Shown one piece after another: positions 50,226-62,696 of a stretch of 64,000 nucleotides of DNA. The first letter of the stretch is position 1, and every line of letters begins with the position of its first letter. Both the position numbers and the translations under genes were made by a program. The notes under the pieces were generated by a model that saw only the letters and a list, made by a program, of their open reading frames with translations, made no database searches and was not told where the DNA came from. Source of the DNA: Antechinus flavipes. Taxonomy: Eukaryota. The stretch spans positions 57,102,001-57,166,000 of the forward strand of contig NC_067399.1 in NCBI RefSeq assembly GCF_016432865.1, in the 5' to 3' direction.

Positions 50226-51276
50226 TCTGATGTTCTCAGGCCCCTTGCAGCTTTAACATGCTGTGCGCTGAATAACCTTCCAGCTCTGCTCTTCTTTGAT
50301 CCGAGGGACCTTCTGCCTCTGACAATCCATGTTTTAATACAGCCCTCTCCCCTCAACTCTGGCATTCTATTTTCTAAGATCCTTCCCTATTCTGACATTT
50401 TCTGTTCCAAAGCTCCTTCTAACTCCAACATACTATGTGTCTAAGAGTCTATCACTGCCTTGCTGGGATAGAAAAAGCCCCCTAAAGGCAGCTAGGATGT
50501 CCAGGTCATTTTCTAGGTCATCTTCAATAAATGAAACTTCTTAAATTGAAAGACCATATTCCGATAAATTATTGATAAAGTCTCCGTCCTTTCTGAAGCT
50601 CAAAATCTTTTCCTCCACTCAACCCCTGCCCTCACCCTTGGAGACATCAATATCCATTTTGACATCCCTTTGACCACCCTGGCCTTTGGTCCATTCCACT
50701 TATCAACTCTCATTTCCACTCCATCTCAGCAAAGTGGTTGCATTTTAGACTTTAACAGCAATTAAAATTGTTCCACCTCTGTGCTATTGACCTCCTCGTC
50801 TCTACTCAAATCTCTCTTGTCCTTCTCTCCCTTTGTCTCATTCTGTTTAAACCAGATCGTTTTGTGTCAGGGACCTCTTTCTCAGTCTAGTGAAGCCTAA
50901 GGGACTCTAATTGAATTGTGCTTGTGGAGAATTGAAGGAAAAGTTAAATTGGGGAAACGAAAGAAGCTATTCTTTCCCCATCCAAGTTCATGGGTCACTT
51001 GAAATCTTGAAAGTCCATGGATCCCAGATAAAGAACCCCCTGTCATAAACTTATGTTTTATCTTCACTGAGACATCCAGCCCCTCCATCTTTTCCTGCTT
51101 TCTCAGCTCATCATCCCACTTATACTCTCACTTTATTACTTTCTCAATGTGGATTTTAAAGTTAATTAATTCAATTAATCAAACAGTATTTATTGAGTGT
51201 CTACTATGTGTCAACCATTGTGATATGTGTGCATCAGGAATACCAGCAGAAAATAGTTCCTGCCCTCAAGGAAACT

Positions 51277-52340
51277 TTCTCTGTCTCTGTCTCTCTTTCT
51301 TCTCTCTTTCTCTATCTGCTCTCTCTCTTTCTCTGTCTCTTTCTCTCTCTCTGTTTCTGTGTATCTCTGTTTTCCTCTGTGTGTATGTCCCNNNNNNNNN
51401 NNNNNNNNNNNNNNNNNNNNNNNNNNNNNNNNNNNNNNNNNNNNNNNNNNNNNNNNNNNNNNNNNNNNNNNNNNNNNNNNNNNNNNNNNNNNNNNNNNNN
51501 NNNNNNNNNNNNNNNNNNNNNNNNNNNNNNNNNNNNNNNNNATGTCTCCCTCTCTGTGTCTCTCTTTCTCTCTTTACTTTCTTTCTCTCTTTCTTTCTCG
51601 TGTCTCTGTGTCTTTCTTCTTTCTTTCTCTATCTTTCTCTGTCTCTTTCTCTCTGTCTCTGTTTTTGTGTATCTCTGTTTTCCTCTGTGTGTATGTCTCC
51701 CTCTCTGTGTCTCTCTTTCTCTCTTTACTTTCTTTCTCTCTTTCTTTCTCTGTCTGTCTGTCTCTCTTTCTCTCTTTCTTTCTCTGTCTCTGTTTTTGGG
51801 TATCTCTGTTTTCCTCTGTGTGTATGTCTCCCTCTCTGTGTCTCTTTTTCTTCTCTTTCTCTCTTTACTTTCTTTCTCTGTCTCTCTGTTTTCCTCTGTA
51901 TGTCTCTCCCTCTCTGTCTTTCCATGTCTGTCTGTCTCTCTTTCTTCTTTCTTTCTCTTTCTCTCTTTCTTTCTCTGTCTCTTTCTGTCTGTTTTCCTCT
52001 GTGTGTATGTCTCCCTCTCTGTGTCTCTTTGTCTTCTCTCTTTCTCACTTTACTTTCTTTCTCTGTCTCTTTGTTTTCCTCTGTATGTCTCTCCCTCTCT
52101 GTCTTTCTATGTCTGTCTGTCTCTCTTTCTTCTCTCTTTCTCTCTTTACTTTCTCTCTCTTTCTCTATCTCTTTGTTTCTCTGTGCAACTCTGTTTTTCT
52201 CTGTGTCTCTCCCCCTCTCTTTCCCTCCCTGTCTCTCCCTGTCTATCTTTCCTTCTGTCTCTCTTTCCCCTTCTTTCTTTTTCTTCCTCCCTCTTCCTCC
52301 TTTTTATCTTTCTTTCCCTCTCTCTTTTCTCCCCCTTTGT
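51277..52340 (+). repeat. Compound CT-rich minisatellite / polypyrimidine array containing a 150-N gap (51392-51541)
   Basis: Recurrent ctgttttcctctgtgtgtatgtctccctctctgtgtctct blocks. Confidence 0.9.
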
Positions 52341-52519
52341 CTGAACGTATATAACACATACATATATTTATGTATATACTAAATAAGTAAAAGAATATTC
52401 CTGGGGAAAGGCACTAGTAGTTGGGGGAGGGTAGAAGAAAGAGAAGAATCGGGAAAAAAAAATCAATGTAGAAGGTAATGCTTGAGATTAGAGATGGGAG
52501 TTCAAAAAGTCCTCTACCC

Positions 52520-53900
52520 TTGAATCCCTTGTCCTCTGCTCCCTCCAACATTCACGCATGTTAATTCTTGACTCTGGGACTCCTCCATCACCTCGGCTTC
52601 TGCTCCCAAGCTTTGGAATGCTTCTGGAGGAAGTTGAGCAACCCTGTTGACTAGGTCCCCTGTAAATACAAGTTCCCTGACCTCAAGTGGGCTCTCCCTG
52701 CTACACAGAGAGTCTTGTTTTCTTTTCCCTCCTCTGATTGACTTTCTACCAAAATTTCCACAAATGGCTGTTCTAAAACTAAGCTTTCTTCAGATCCCCT
52801 GGACAATACCATTCCATCTTTCTTCCTCAACTCCTACCACCACCCCCACCTTATAGGCAAAACAGAGGACATCTGCTACCAGCATCCTTTTGTTCCCTCC
52901 GCCATATCTCCTCACCAACTACCCCATTCTCTTCCTTTGCTCTTGTCTCAGAGGAATTCTTTTTTCCAAGGATGATCCCTCTTTTTGTGCCTTTGAATTA
53001 GGTTCCTTCTACAAATGGATTCTCTCTCATCTTCACTCTCCCTGTTCAGTGGCTCCATCCACACTGCCTAAAAATTTGCTCTGTGGTACCTTACCCTTAG
53101 AAAACCTCCATCATATTCCCTAACCTTTTGTTTCCATAACCTTAGGCCCATCCTGGAACCCTCATTTTCCACTGAAAGATGCACCACATATACAGAGAAG
53201 TAAATGCAAGATAATTTAGGGAAGGCAAGAGCTGGAAAATCCACTCATCTGCTTGGTCAAGTTGCTGAGTCTATCCCTACAAAATTTCTCACACTTATGC
53301 CTTGTCCACTAGTCCTACAATCCCCTGAACTATTCAATGACCTTCTAATTGGTTTTCCTGTCTAAAGTCTCTCCCCTTCCCAATCTATTCTCCTCCTGGG
53401 TGCTGGTGCTCCCCGATCAAAATCACTTTGTATTCATTTTCCATATATTTTGTACATACTTGTATTTATATAGCTTGCCTGGCATAAAAGTGTTTTGGAA
53501 ACACATGCTGATTGTTTGATTGATTGGCATTCTCCCAGAGTTTAACACAATGCCTTGTATATAGTGGATACTTAATAAATGATTATCAACTATTGATTCC
53601 ATCTCCCATCTCTGTCTTTTTTTGACTGTCCCCCATACCTGAAATGCTCTCTCTTCTCACCTCTTTTACCTCATTTTTCTTCGGAGATCACCTTGAGTAT
53701 GACTTTCTACAAAAAGACTTTCCTGATCCTAGCTTAGTTATTATAACACTTTCCCTCCTTCCCTAATAAAATTAGCTCTCATTTACTTATCTGTATACAT
53801 GGGACATCTTTTAGTAGAATGTAAGCTCCTTGAAATCAGAGACTATTTTTTATTTTTGACTTTATATATCCATACTCTTCGACATGGTCAGCACTTGAAT
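52520..53900 (+). mobile_element. Fragmented L2 (ORF2 remnant plus 3' ends)
   Basis: SKDDPSFCAFEL at ~52960 resembles L2 SKANPSTCALDP; L2 tails at ~53540-53590 and 53815-53920. Confidence 0.6.
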
Positions 53901-55299
53901 AAGCGTTTACTGAACTGAATTGATTAATCTAAGTTTTGAGAGGTTTATTCCTGAGTTCCATTGGGTGATGAATTTTTAACTCACTACAATTCTTTGAAGA
54001 CCATCTACTGGGGGCAGTTAGATGATACAATGGATTGAGTACCAGACCTGGAGTTGGGAAGACCATCGATTAAGTCATGGAGGGATTGTGATCTACTCCA
54101 GTAGATGGAAGGACCCACATGGAGGGAATTATAGAATCTTGCAGTATTTCAATGTAAACCTTCTGTGGAGCGGTACTGGAAACTTTAGGAGTCCACATGA
54201 AAGGAGAGTCACTCTTGGTTCATAGTTAAGGTTGTCAGGGAAGGATTGATGAGAGTCTCTCCTTGGAGGGAACCAATCAGGTTGTATTTGTACTATGGTG
54301 TTTCGTGAGCTCTGGGACAATGAGGGAGCAGGAGGCAAATAAAAATAAAATTCCTATTTATTATTATTATTTATGTGAATATTTTATTCATAATAGGAAT
54401 TATTATTCATATCATCTTTCAGTAGTTGGCATAAGGCCAAATACATAGTAGATACTTAATATTCTTATGTTCTGAGAATCAAAGATTGATGACTGAGTCT
54501 TTAAGAGTCAGGAAGCCTGAGTTCCAGAAACCAGCTACTAACTGGCTGTGTGAAATTGGGTGGGTCATGTGCTCTCTCTGCATCTCAGTTTACTCATCTG
54601 TCAAATGGACCATCATATCATCGGATTTAGAGTGGGAAATGACCCATAAGCTCAGTTAGTTTCACCGTCTATTTTACAGATGAGGAAACTGAGATCCAGA
54701 AAAAGTTAATTGGCTTGTCCGAGCTCACCCAGCTTATAAATAACAGATTCCACTTGGGATTCAGATCCCGGTCTTCTGCCTCCAAACCAGAATCCAAAAA
54801 AAGCTATTCTTGGATGGGCATAATAATGATGGCCCATGATATCACAAAGATTAAAAAAAAAGCAATATACTTTTGTATCATTTTTATTTTGGGAAAAAAA
54901 TGAGTCCCATTGAGTCTCCTAATCTGTTTTTTGTAAGGAAGCAAAGTAAAGGAAGCTATGTGAGGAAGGGAGAAGGAATGAGGGCCACATGAGGGGAGCA
55001 AAGGATGAGGAAAAGGAGGTCCTGAAATTTCAGCTCGAAGCAATAGAGGGCTGAGAGGCCGGCCAGAATATAAGGCTCTAGGACTCTCCTCTGCCAAGTC
55101 CATTGTTAGGACTGTGTCTGAGTACTCTATCTATAAGAGAAGAGCTAAGGGGAGATGGGAGAATAGGTGCCTGGGGGAGCCTATGGAATCTGCTTTGCTG
55201 TAAATCTCTAAAAATAGCTCCGAGCTCCATCTGCCCGGGATACTTGGAGCAAAGTCCCAGGCAGAGAGAGCCAGAGACAGAGGACTGGACTCGGTGACC

Positions 55300-56470
55300 T
55301 CCTGAGAATCCCTTTCCCCCCCACCCCCACTTCCGGGACCCTCAGTTTTTCACCTCCGAAGGGAGTTGGCAAGAGAAGCCATGAAGGTCAAGGTGGCCCA
55401 GAAGGGCGCTGCTCCCCGCCAGCGTGGATGGTGCTCTCTTCTCGGCCGGGACTTGCGGCGTGGGAAGGGCTGGAGGCTGGGGGCGGGGAAGAGGAAGGAG
55501 AAAGGCTGAGACCCATTTTGGGAAAACCCGCAGGATCCTAAGTCTCAGAGCCCGAAAGGACCTTTTCTGGAGAGGTCAGGTCGTGCAGGCTTTGGGATTT
55601 AGAGACGGGGGCAGTGAGACACAAATGGGGGACGGGGGGTCCCAGGTCCTCCGGGCAGTAAACAAAAGAGTTGGGACTTGACCTTGGGTCCCCTGGCTCG
55701 AGACCCAACTCTCCTGCCAGCCTCGGGCCTCTCCTGCCTGCCTCCCTTCCCTTGCCCGGGCTCCTGATGAAACAGAAAACAATAACAACGGCTAAGTCTC
55801 TGCAGATTAAACTGAAAGGGGGCTTCCCTCCGCAGAGGTCAAGGGTGGAGACTAGGGGAGGGAACAACTTAAGAGGGAGTTTATCTGAAAATAAAAAAAT
55901 GATGGCTGGAGCACAATTTTTTTTTCCATGAAAGGTTTATGCCTCTCTGGAGGCCTCTTCAATAAAAATGCATTCTGGCTCTCAGAGTGTGTGACTACAA
56001 ATCAGGCTCCAGTCTTTTCTCTTCCTGTGCCGACCTGCTGGAGTCGGCTGTTATTTTTGGCAGGCGGCCTTCAGGAAGGAGAAGGCTCTCCCCACCCCCT
56101 CCCGCCCCCCTCCAAAGCTGGCTCGGGAAACACTCTTGACATGACACCTTCCAACATCCTTCAAGGTCAGGAGGTTGGGGGTGGGAGGAGGAGGGGGAGA
56201 AAATGAGGGAAACTATGTTGATGGTTTTAAAAAAATATATCCCAACCCAATGAAGTCCTCCCCCTCCCATCCCCGCCCCCACCCCCAGCTCCATCCCCAT
56301 CCCCATCCCCGGCTAGACAAGCTGCCAACAGGCTAACCAGGGGAGAAAGGAAAACAGAACAGATTCGGAGTCGGCCCCCTCTCTAGCCACCGCTTCCCAC
56401 CCCGCGTCCCCACCCCAGCTCGCTGCTCATTGGCTGGAACCACCGCATAAATCATACTGCATCCACCAGT
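55300..56470. promoter_or_regulatory. CpG/GC-rich putative regulatory region
   Basis: CpG clusters at 55330-55720 and 56270-56450; GC box; FOX gtaaaca at 55658-55664; ATTGG at 56429-56433; PBX-HOX-like ATGATTTATG on the minus strand at 56446-56455. Confidence 0.4.
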
Positions 56471-56799
56471 TCTTGGGGGAATGAATGAAACAGACTTTCT
56501 CCAATCCATCCTCCCAGTCCTCGGGGCCATGCACAGAGAATTAGTGTATTCACCACTGACTCCCTGCAAAGGGAAACTCTGCAGAAGGCTATCCGGGCTC
56601 AGAACAACAGCTCCTGAGGGGTTTTTTTTAAAGCTTTATAAGGCCGTTACATTTTGACCTAAAACTCCCAAGATGGTGTCGATGGACATTAGTAAGTCGA
56701 TGACGTGATCCCAGATGCCAAGTGGTCTTTTTACTGATATGTTAATAGAGCCACCTAGAATTAATTGGTGGGTGGGTGGGGGGTTCATGTTCAATTTCT

Positions 56800-57010
56800 T
56801 GGTGACCCCATTTGGGTTTTTGGGGGGACAGAGATACTGGAATAATTTGCCATTTCCTTCTCAAACTCATTTTACAGAAGAGGAAACTGAGGCAAAAGGG
56901 ATTAAGTGACCTATCCAGGGAAATATAGCTAGTGGATATCTGAGGCTGGATTTGAATTCAGGTTTTCCTGATTCCAGGACCAGGGCTCCATCCACTGTGA
57001 CATCTAGCTG
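56800..57010 (-). mobile_element. MAR1-type SINE
   Basis: gtgaccccatttggg...gatactggaataatttgccatttccttc. Confidence 0.7.
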
Positions 57011-57330
57011 CTCGAATTTCTTCATACTAACACCAAAAAATATGATGTAGAGGCAAATACACTAGAGTTGGAGGCAAAACAGCTGGATCCAAATCTTCTT
57101 TACTTCCTGTAGGATGGTGGGTCAGACACCCTCACTCCTTATCTGTTTAAAAACAGACAAAAAAACATTGGACTAGGCCTAGAACCAGATTAAAATCTAA
57201 TTGAAAAGTATTTAGCAAAATAAAAATAGCGATGCAATAGACTATGGATAACAGTAATATGTGGCCCACAGAGATCCTTATGGATGGAGAGTTTAAGGGC
57301 CTCTGTTTCTATTAGAATTTGACACAATTG

Positions 57331-57482
57331 GGGCAGCTGGGTGGTACAGTGACTAGAGCACCAGCTCTGAAGTCAGGACGACCTGAGTTCAAATCTAGTC
57401 CTCAGACACTTAACATGGCCCAGCTGTGTGATTCTGGAAAAGTCACCTAACCCCAATAAGAAAAAACAAAAGAAAGAAAAAG
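57331..57482 (+). mobile_element. WSINE1 inserted into the end of a hAT MITE, 18-bp TSD
   Basis: TSD agaatttgacacaattgg at 57314-57331 and 57483-57500. Confidence 0.9.
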
Positions 57483-58654
57483 AGAATTTGACACAATTGG
57501 CCTAGGTAATATCTAATTTAATATTAGAACTTAGAAAATCTACATTTTTTGGAAGTGACTTGTCCAGGGTCACACAGCTAGTGTTTGAGGTAGGATTTGA
57601 ATTCATCCTCCTGGCTCCTCTGTGTTCCCTAGCTGCCCCTAGAAAACTCAGATTCTAACTTTATCACTGACACTGTGTGACACTGAACAAGGTATGTGAA
57701 CTAGTTAGACTAGATAAGTTCTAAGGTCTATTCTCTCTCTTAAAAAAAAAAAATCTCAACTTAATATTTGTGTTGGATCAACTCAACAGACCTAATCACT
57801 TACTCAATGACTCTTAAGTGCCACAGAAGTCATATATATTCACACACACATATATCACCCAATGCACACTTACTGAGCACTTTCTATGTATCCCTAGCTT
57901 TTTTTGCTCTCTTTGCTTGGCTCTTTTTGGAGAAGAGCATAAAAAAATAGTTCCTGACCTGAGGGATCTCAGTCTAATCATCATGTCAGGAATAATTAAG
58001 TGCTGGATTCTTTGACCCAGGCAAGGGCCATGGGGGCAGGAGAGAGGAGAGGTTCTCCTCATTCTGGCTCCAGTCTACCTGTCCAGTCTTCCCTTGCTGC
58101 CCTTCAAATATCCAGGATTTAAGCCAAGCCAGCCTGCTCTCTGCCCCTGGAGTCTCTCTCTTCACACATGCCCTACCTCTGCTTCAGCTGCCCCCCAAGC
58201 AGGGCACAGACCTTACCCCAGTGCTCAGTTTCCTCCTGGGGGAGTATTTCCCTGCTTTCAGAACCCGACTATAGTGCCATCTTCTTCAGGAAGCCTCCTC
58301 AGATCTCTCTCTTTTTATTTCATAACTCTACCCCAAAAGACCTCTCCCCAATCTCCAATTTTTCTTGATCAAAGGCTAATGGGCACAGAACGGTAGCGAT
58401 CCTAGAGATCACCCAGCCCCATTTTCTCACTCAATATACGAGTTCCAGAAGGGCAAACTTACTTACCCAGCCTCCCACAGCTAGCCAGTGGCCTTGACTC
58501 TTATTAATTCTATCAGCTAGTTGGGAAAATCAGTTCTTCAGCTGAGGTTGAATATTGCCTTAAATGCTGATTGATTCTGGACAAACCACTTCATCTTATT
58601 CAGCCTCAGTTTCCTCGTGGCTGAAATGAAGATTCTAAAAGTACCTGAACAACA

Positions 58655-58880
58655 AGGTGGGTGGAACGGACCTGAAGTCAGGAAGACATTTTCATGAATT
58701 CAAATCTGTCCTCAAACACTTATTAGCTAGTGACACTTAACTCTGCTAGCCTCAGTTTCCTCCCTGTAACATGTGCTGGAGAAGGAAATAACAAAATTAC
58801 TTCAGTATTTTTGCCAAGAAAACTCCAAATGAGATCAGGGAGAATCAGACAAGACTGAGGGGGGGAAAAAGACCGAACAA
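58655..58880 (+). mobile_element. MAR1-type SINE
   Basis: gctggagaaggaaataac...ttttgccaagaaaactcc tail. Confidence 0.7.
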
Positions 58881-59481
58881 CAAGCATAGTACTTACTTCA
58901 TAGGATTATCCAAAGACTCTAATATGTATAAAGTGTTTTGCAAACCTTGAAGCTCTCCACAAATTCTATCTGCTGCTATTAATTATTGTTATTCATCTTT
59001 CTGAGGCTCAGTTTCTCTATCTGTAAAATGAGGTAATTCTTGCCCTGTCCGTCTCTTAGGACTGTGGTGAGGAAAGTGCTTTGTAAATACCAAAATGCTT
59101 TAGAAATGCGAATGAGGATAAATAGCTCAGGCCTCCTAATCCACTAGGGATGCTTTTACCAGCAATGCACCATTTCTGGATGCTCTCTGCACAGCCAGCA
59201 GCCCCTCCCCTTGGCTATCCATCGGTCTACCCCAAAGCATAGAGCTGGATGTCACATTGCATGAACAGAAATTAACGGAGGAAACTGCCCTTGGCCCTCT
59301 CCAACAGGAGATTCGTCTCCCTCTGCTTGGCTGGATTTAAAATAGATGTCGTTTGGGTAAGAAACCAACCCACTGAGATCTGGTGGGAGGCTGCCAGAGT
59401 GTGAGTCTGAACTTGGGAGCCACAGCAGCCAGCTAGGGGAGGCGATACAGGAACTGTCAAATGTGGGAGCAGGATGTGGGC

Positions 59482-59494
59482 TGACCTGTGACCT
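59482..59494 (-). promoter_or_regulatory. Perfect DR1 nuclear-receptor element (TGACCTgTGACCT)
   Basis: Two exact AGGTCA half-sites spaced by 1 nt in non-repeat GC-rich DNA. Confidence 0.4.
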
Positions 59495-59993
59495 GCTGAG
59501 CAGCAAGGAGGGCCAAGGAAGGGATGCAGGACAGGGATTTTCCAGTGGCTGGGAGTTTGGTTTGGCCAGAAGGGAAAACTCAGCAGGCAAGAAAAATACT
59601 GAAGGGGAGGGAGCTGGAGGAGGGAAGCTGGAGCCCCTTAACTCCTCAACCTCCAGACTCTCTGCTCCCCATCCCCTTCCCCACTTCCCTTTGGGCAGCC
59701 TCCCCGGATTCCCTCCCATCTCAGCCCTAAATCCCAGGGCTCTGTCTCCCTTAGCAAATATTCCTGCAGTGACGGCAGATTTTACTCCACACTTTTTATC
59801 ACAGTCATTTGTGTACATCTAGTGGATTGTAAGCCCCTGGAGGCTAAGAGCTATTTGGTTTTTATCTACAGCAAAGATGAAGCAGTCCCTGTCCTTGAGG
59901 AGGGAGAGACAAGAGTATCCTTCCCTTCTATAGGGTAGAGAGAGAAGGGAAGAAAACACTTAGGAAATGAAATGTAAATTATATACACGATTT

Positions 59994-60319
59994 TGTCAAC
60001 GGGGGGAACTAAGCGAGCATCCTGTATCGAGCTTTGAAAAGGGGTAGGGGCTAAGAGGTTGAGCCCACGAGGGATGCACACTAGGCACAGAATAGATAGC
60101 CTGTGCAGAGAAGCTAGAAAAGAGGCAGAATGTTATATAAGAGAAATGTAAGATATTGTAGATCACACGAATCCCGGAGTTCTGAGCTTCTTCTGTAGAT
60201 CTAAAGCCAATCAGGCATCTGCAATGGGGATGGTACCAATATGGCGGCCCCCAAGAGCAAGAGCCCACTAAACTTTATAGGGAGGGCTAGAAAGGTCAAA
60301 GCTTCCTTGTCGATCAACA
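59994..60319. mobile_element. Candidate solo LTR
   Basis: TGTCAA...TCAACA termini, two CCAAT boxes, YY1-like aatatggcggc; no TSD found. Confidence 0.3.
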
Positions 60320-60619
60320 AGGGGATGAGGTCTGGGAGAGGTGCTGTATTACAGGCTGGGGTGAAATAGGGAGACTCAGCCTCCCAAAACTGAGCGTGAT
60401 GGGAGTTCTGTTAGTGCAATCCCCCCAAGCAGAGATCAGGGAGCCTGCTTCTGGGAGAGCCGGAAAGATGTGTAATGGAAGTGTTTTGAAAAATATTGTA
60501 GCATGCAAATTTTGTAATTGGTTCCAGTTTGGTAATCTTATGCTGAATAGTAGAATTTTGGATTGGCTGCAGTTGTGGGATCAGCATGGGGATTTGAGTT
60601 TAAAAGTCATTAGCTACTA

Positions 60620-60790
60620 TGTCGTTGTTCAATCATGTCCAACTCTCTATGACCCCTTAGGGGTTTTCTTTGCAAAGATACTGGAGTGGTTTGCCATTTC
60701 CTTCTCCAGTTCATTTGATGGGTGGGGAAACTGAGGCAAACAGGGTCAGACAATTATTAAGTATCTGAGGGCAGATTTGAATTAGGCTCT
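60620..60790 (-). mobile_element. MAR1-type SINE
   Basis: gttgttcaatcatgtccaactctctatgacccc...aaagatactggagtggtttgccatttccttctccag. Confidence 0.8.
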
Positions 60791-60869
60791 ATTTGCTGTC
60801 CACCAAACCATAATGTTGACAATTTTTTTAGCTAACCTCTCTTGATTTGACCTTTTCTCTTTGTGAGAA

Positions 60870-61570
60870 TTATTCCTGGTTCATAGTCTCTATTGAGCGA
60901 CAATCCCAGCAGCAGAGAGACCTCTGGCCCTTTCTCATCCCAGGCATGTGGGTATGAATATGGCCCCTGATCCTCTGGCTCAAAATCTGCCCTTTTGTTC
61001 TAGGTGAAGGATGTTGGGGACTCTGACCTTCAAATGTGAGTTTCAAATGGTCAAGAGGATGAGCCACACAGTCTAGGAGGTGAGATCACGTTGGGTCCGC
61101 CATCAATGGGATCTTGGAGTAACCCTTGGGCCATAGCCCATGGTAACTGAGACACAGACTCACCTGGCAGCAGTTCCACCTTTAGATGTGAACAGACTCA
61201 CCTAACAGGAACGTGAACTTAGTGGCACCAAGATTATGAGAAAACTGCTTTAATACAAGTCTACTCTCCTCAGAGACTGATTATATGGTAGCAAGTATGT
61301 CCCTGAAGCGCTGGGAGGATGTAGCTATATTTGTCTTCTTGCTACAGTTTCTATATAAATATCCCTTGATAAAAGTGGATTGATGACAAAAGTGAATTAA
61401 TTCATTCAATGGACCTGGGATGCTAATCTTTGGTGGCTAACATGAAGGGGGATATACCTGGAATAGGGATTTAAGCCAGTATCATTAAAGAAGAGTTATT
61501 CAGTGCCTCAAGGATTCCCCCCCACCCCAGGACCCTTAGGGGGAAATAGAATCATTCTGGCTCTAAGAGA
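60870..61570 (-). mobile_element. Candidate ERV 5' LTR plus leader remnant
   Basis: Minus-strand order: TATTTATA (~61361-61354), ATTAAA (61254-61249), TGGTGCC PBS-like (61230-61224), two AG|GTGAGT donors. Confidence 0.35.
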
Positions 61571-61679
61571 ATAAGACCATTGCAGCAAGATGGATTTAAA
61601 ACTAAGCCTATATATGTATGTATAATATGTATTATATATGATATTTAAGAGGTTATATATATTATCTAAGATGTAAAAA

Positions 61680-62110
61680 GCAGCTGCTAGATTTTCTTAA
61701 GCAAGAGAGAGACATGGTCAGACCTGAGCTTTAGGAATATAAATTTGGCAGCTATGTGGAAGACAGATTGGAAAATGAGGAAAAGAGACTAATTAGGAGG
61801 CAAATGCAATAGTCCAGACAATCATGACAAGTGTCTGAACTTGGTGGAGGGAGTTGAATGTGAATGGAAAGAGGGGGTAACAGAGGAGACATACTGTGGA
61901 AGAAGAATCAGCAAGAGCTGGCGAATGATTAGATGTGAGGGATTAGGGAGAAAGAAGCACTGAAGCTAATACCAAGGTTGCTAAACTGTAAGGATGTTGG
62001 TACCCTCCAAAGAAATAGAGAGGTTAGAAAGAGAGGAAGATTTTACGGGAAAATAATGAGTTCTGGTTTTGACAGGTGAGGTTTGAGACATTCACAGGAC
62101 ATCTGATTGG
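61680..62110 (-). mobile_element. L2 fragment
   Basis: ggagactaattaggaggcaaatgcaatagtccag...gagttctggttttgacaggtgaggtttgag. Confidence 0.7.
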
Positions 62111-62696
62111 AGATCATTCATCTTCTCTTGCCTGGTCTCAGATCCACCCACCCCCCCCTCGTCCTCCATATGCCGTGCTACTTTATGTGTGTCCCCCTTG
62201 CCAGCCCCCCAGACCTTTCCAATTCCAGCTCTGAGAAAATTAATCAGATCAACATTACCATGGAAAGGTCATGTCAATCAATTGCCATATGACTTCGGTT
62301 ATTCACTCTAACTTCTCTGTCCAAAATACTCCTCTCTGTTCATCATTCCCTTATATGTATTGTCTTCCCATATCAGAATACAAGCTACTCGAGGTTTGGA
62401 ACTGACTTTTTTGCTTACATTTGCATTCTGAGAACTTAACCCAGTATCTAGCACATAGTACTTACAATTATTATTATTTTTTAAACATTCATTCATTCAT
62501 TCCTCTGTTCATCCAGTTGATGTCCAATAGGTAGCTAGTGATATATGACTAGGGTTCAGGAGGAAGTCTTTCTATCTGTTTCATCAAATACAAAGTCTGT
62601 TCCATAATAAGCACTTAATAAATATATCTAAGTATGAATTATAAATAAATATATTTAGATATCTAGCATTTATATATCACTCAGGTTTACAAGCAT

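Noticed and set aside
51147-52382. 331-411-aa Leu/Ser/Phe/Cys-rich ORFs
   Set aside because: Translations of a CT-rich repeat spanning an N gap
56446-56472. TATA-like CATAAAT plus Inr-like CCAGTTC as a plus-strand core promoter
   Set aside because: Spacing of ~20 bp is too short for TATA-Inr; the sequence fits a PBX-HOX site on the other strand better
59252-59818. 188-aa minus-strand ORF
   Set aside because: Pro/Ser-rich with no recognisable homology or supported splice structure; likely chance in GC-rich DNA
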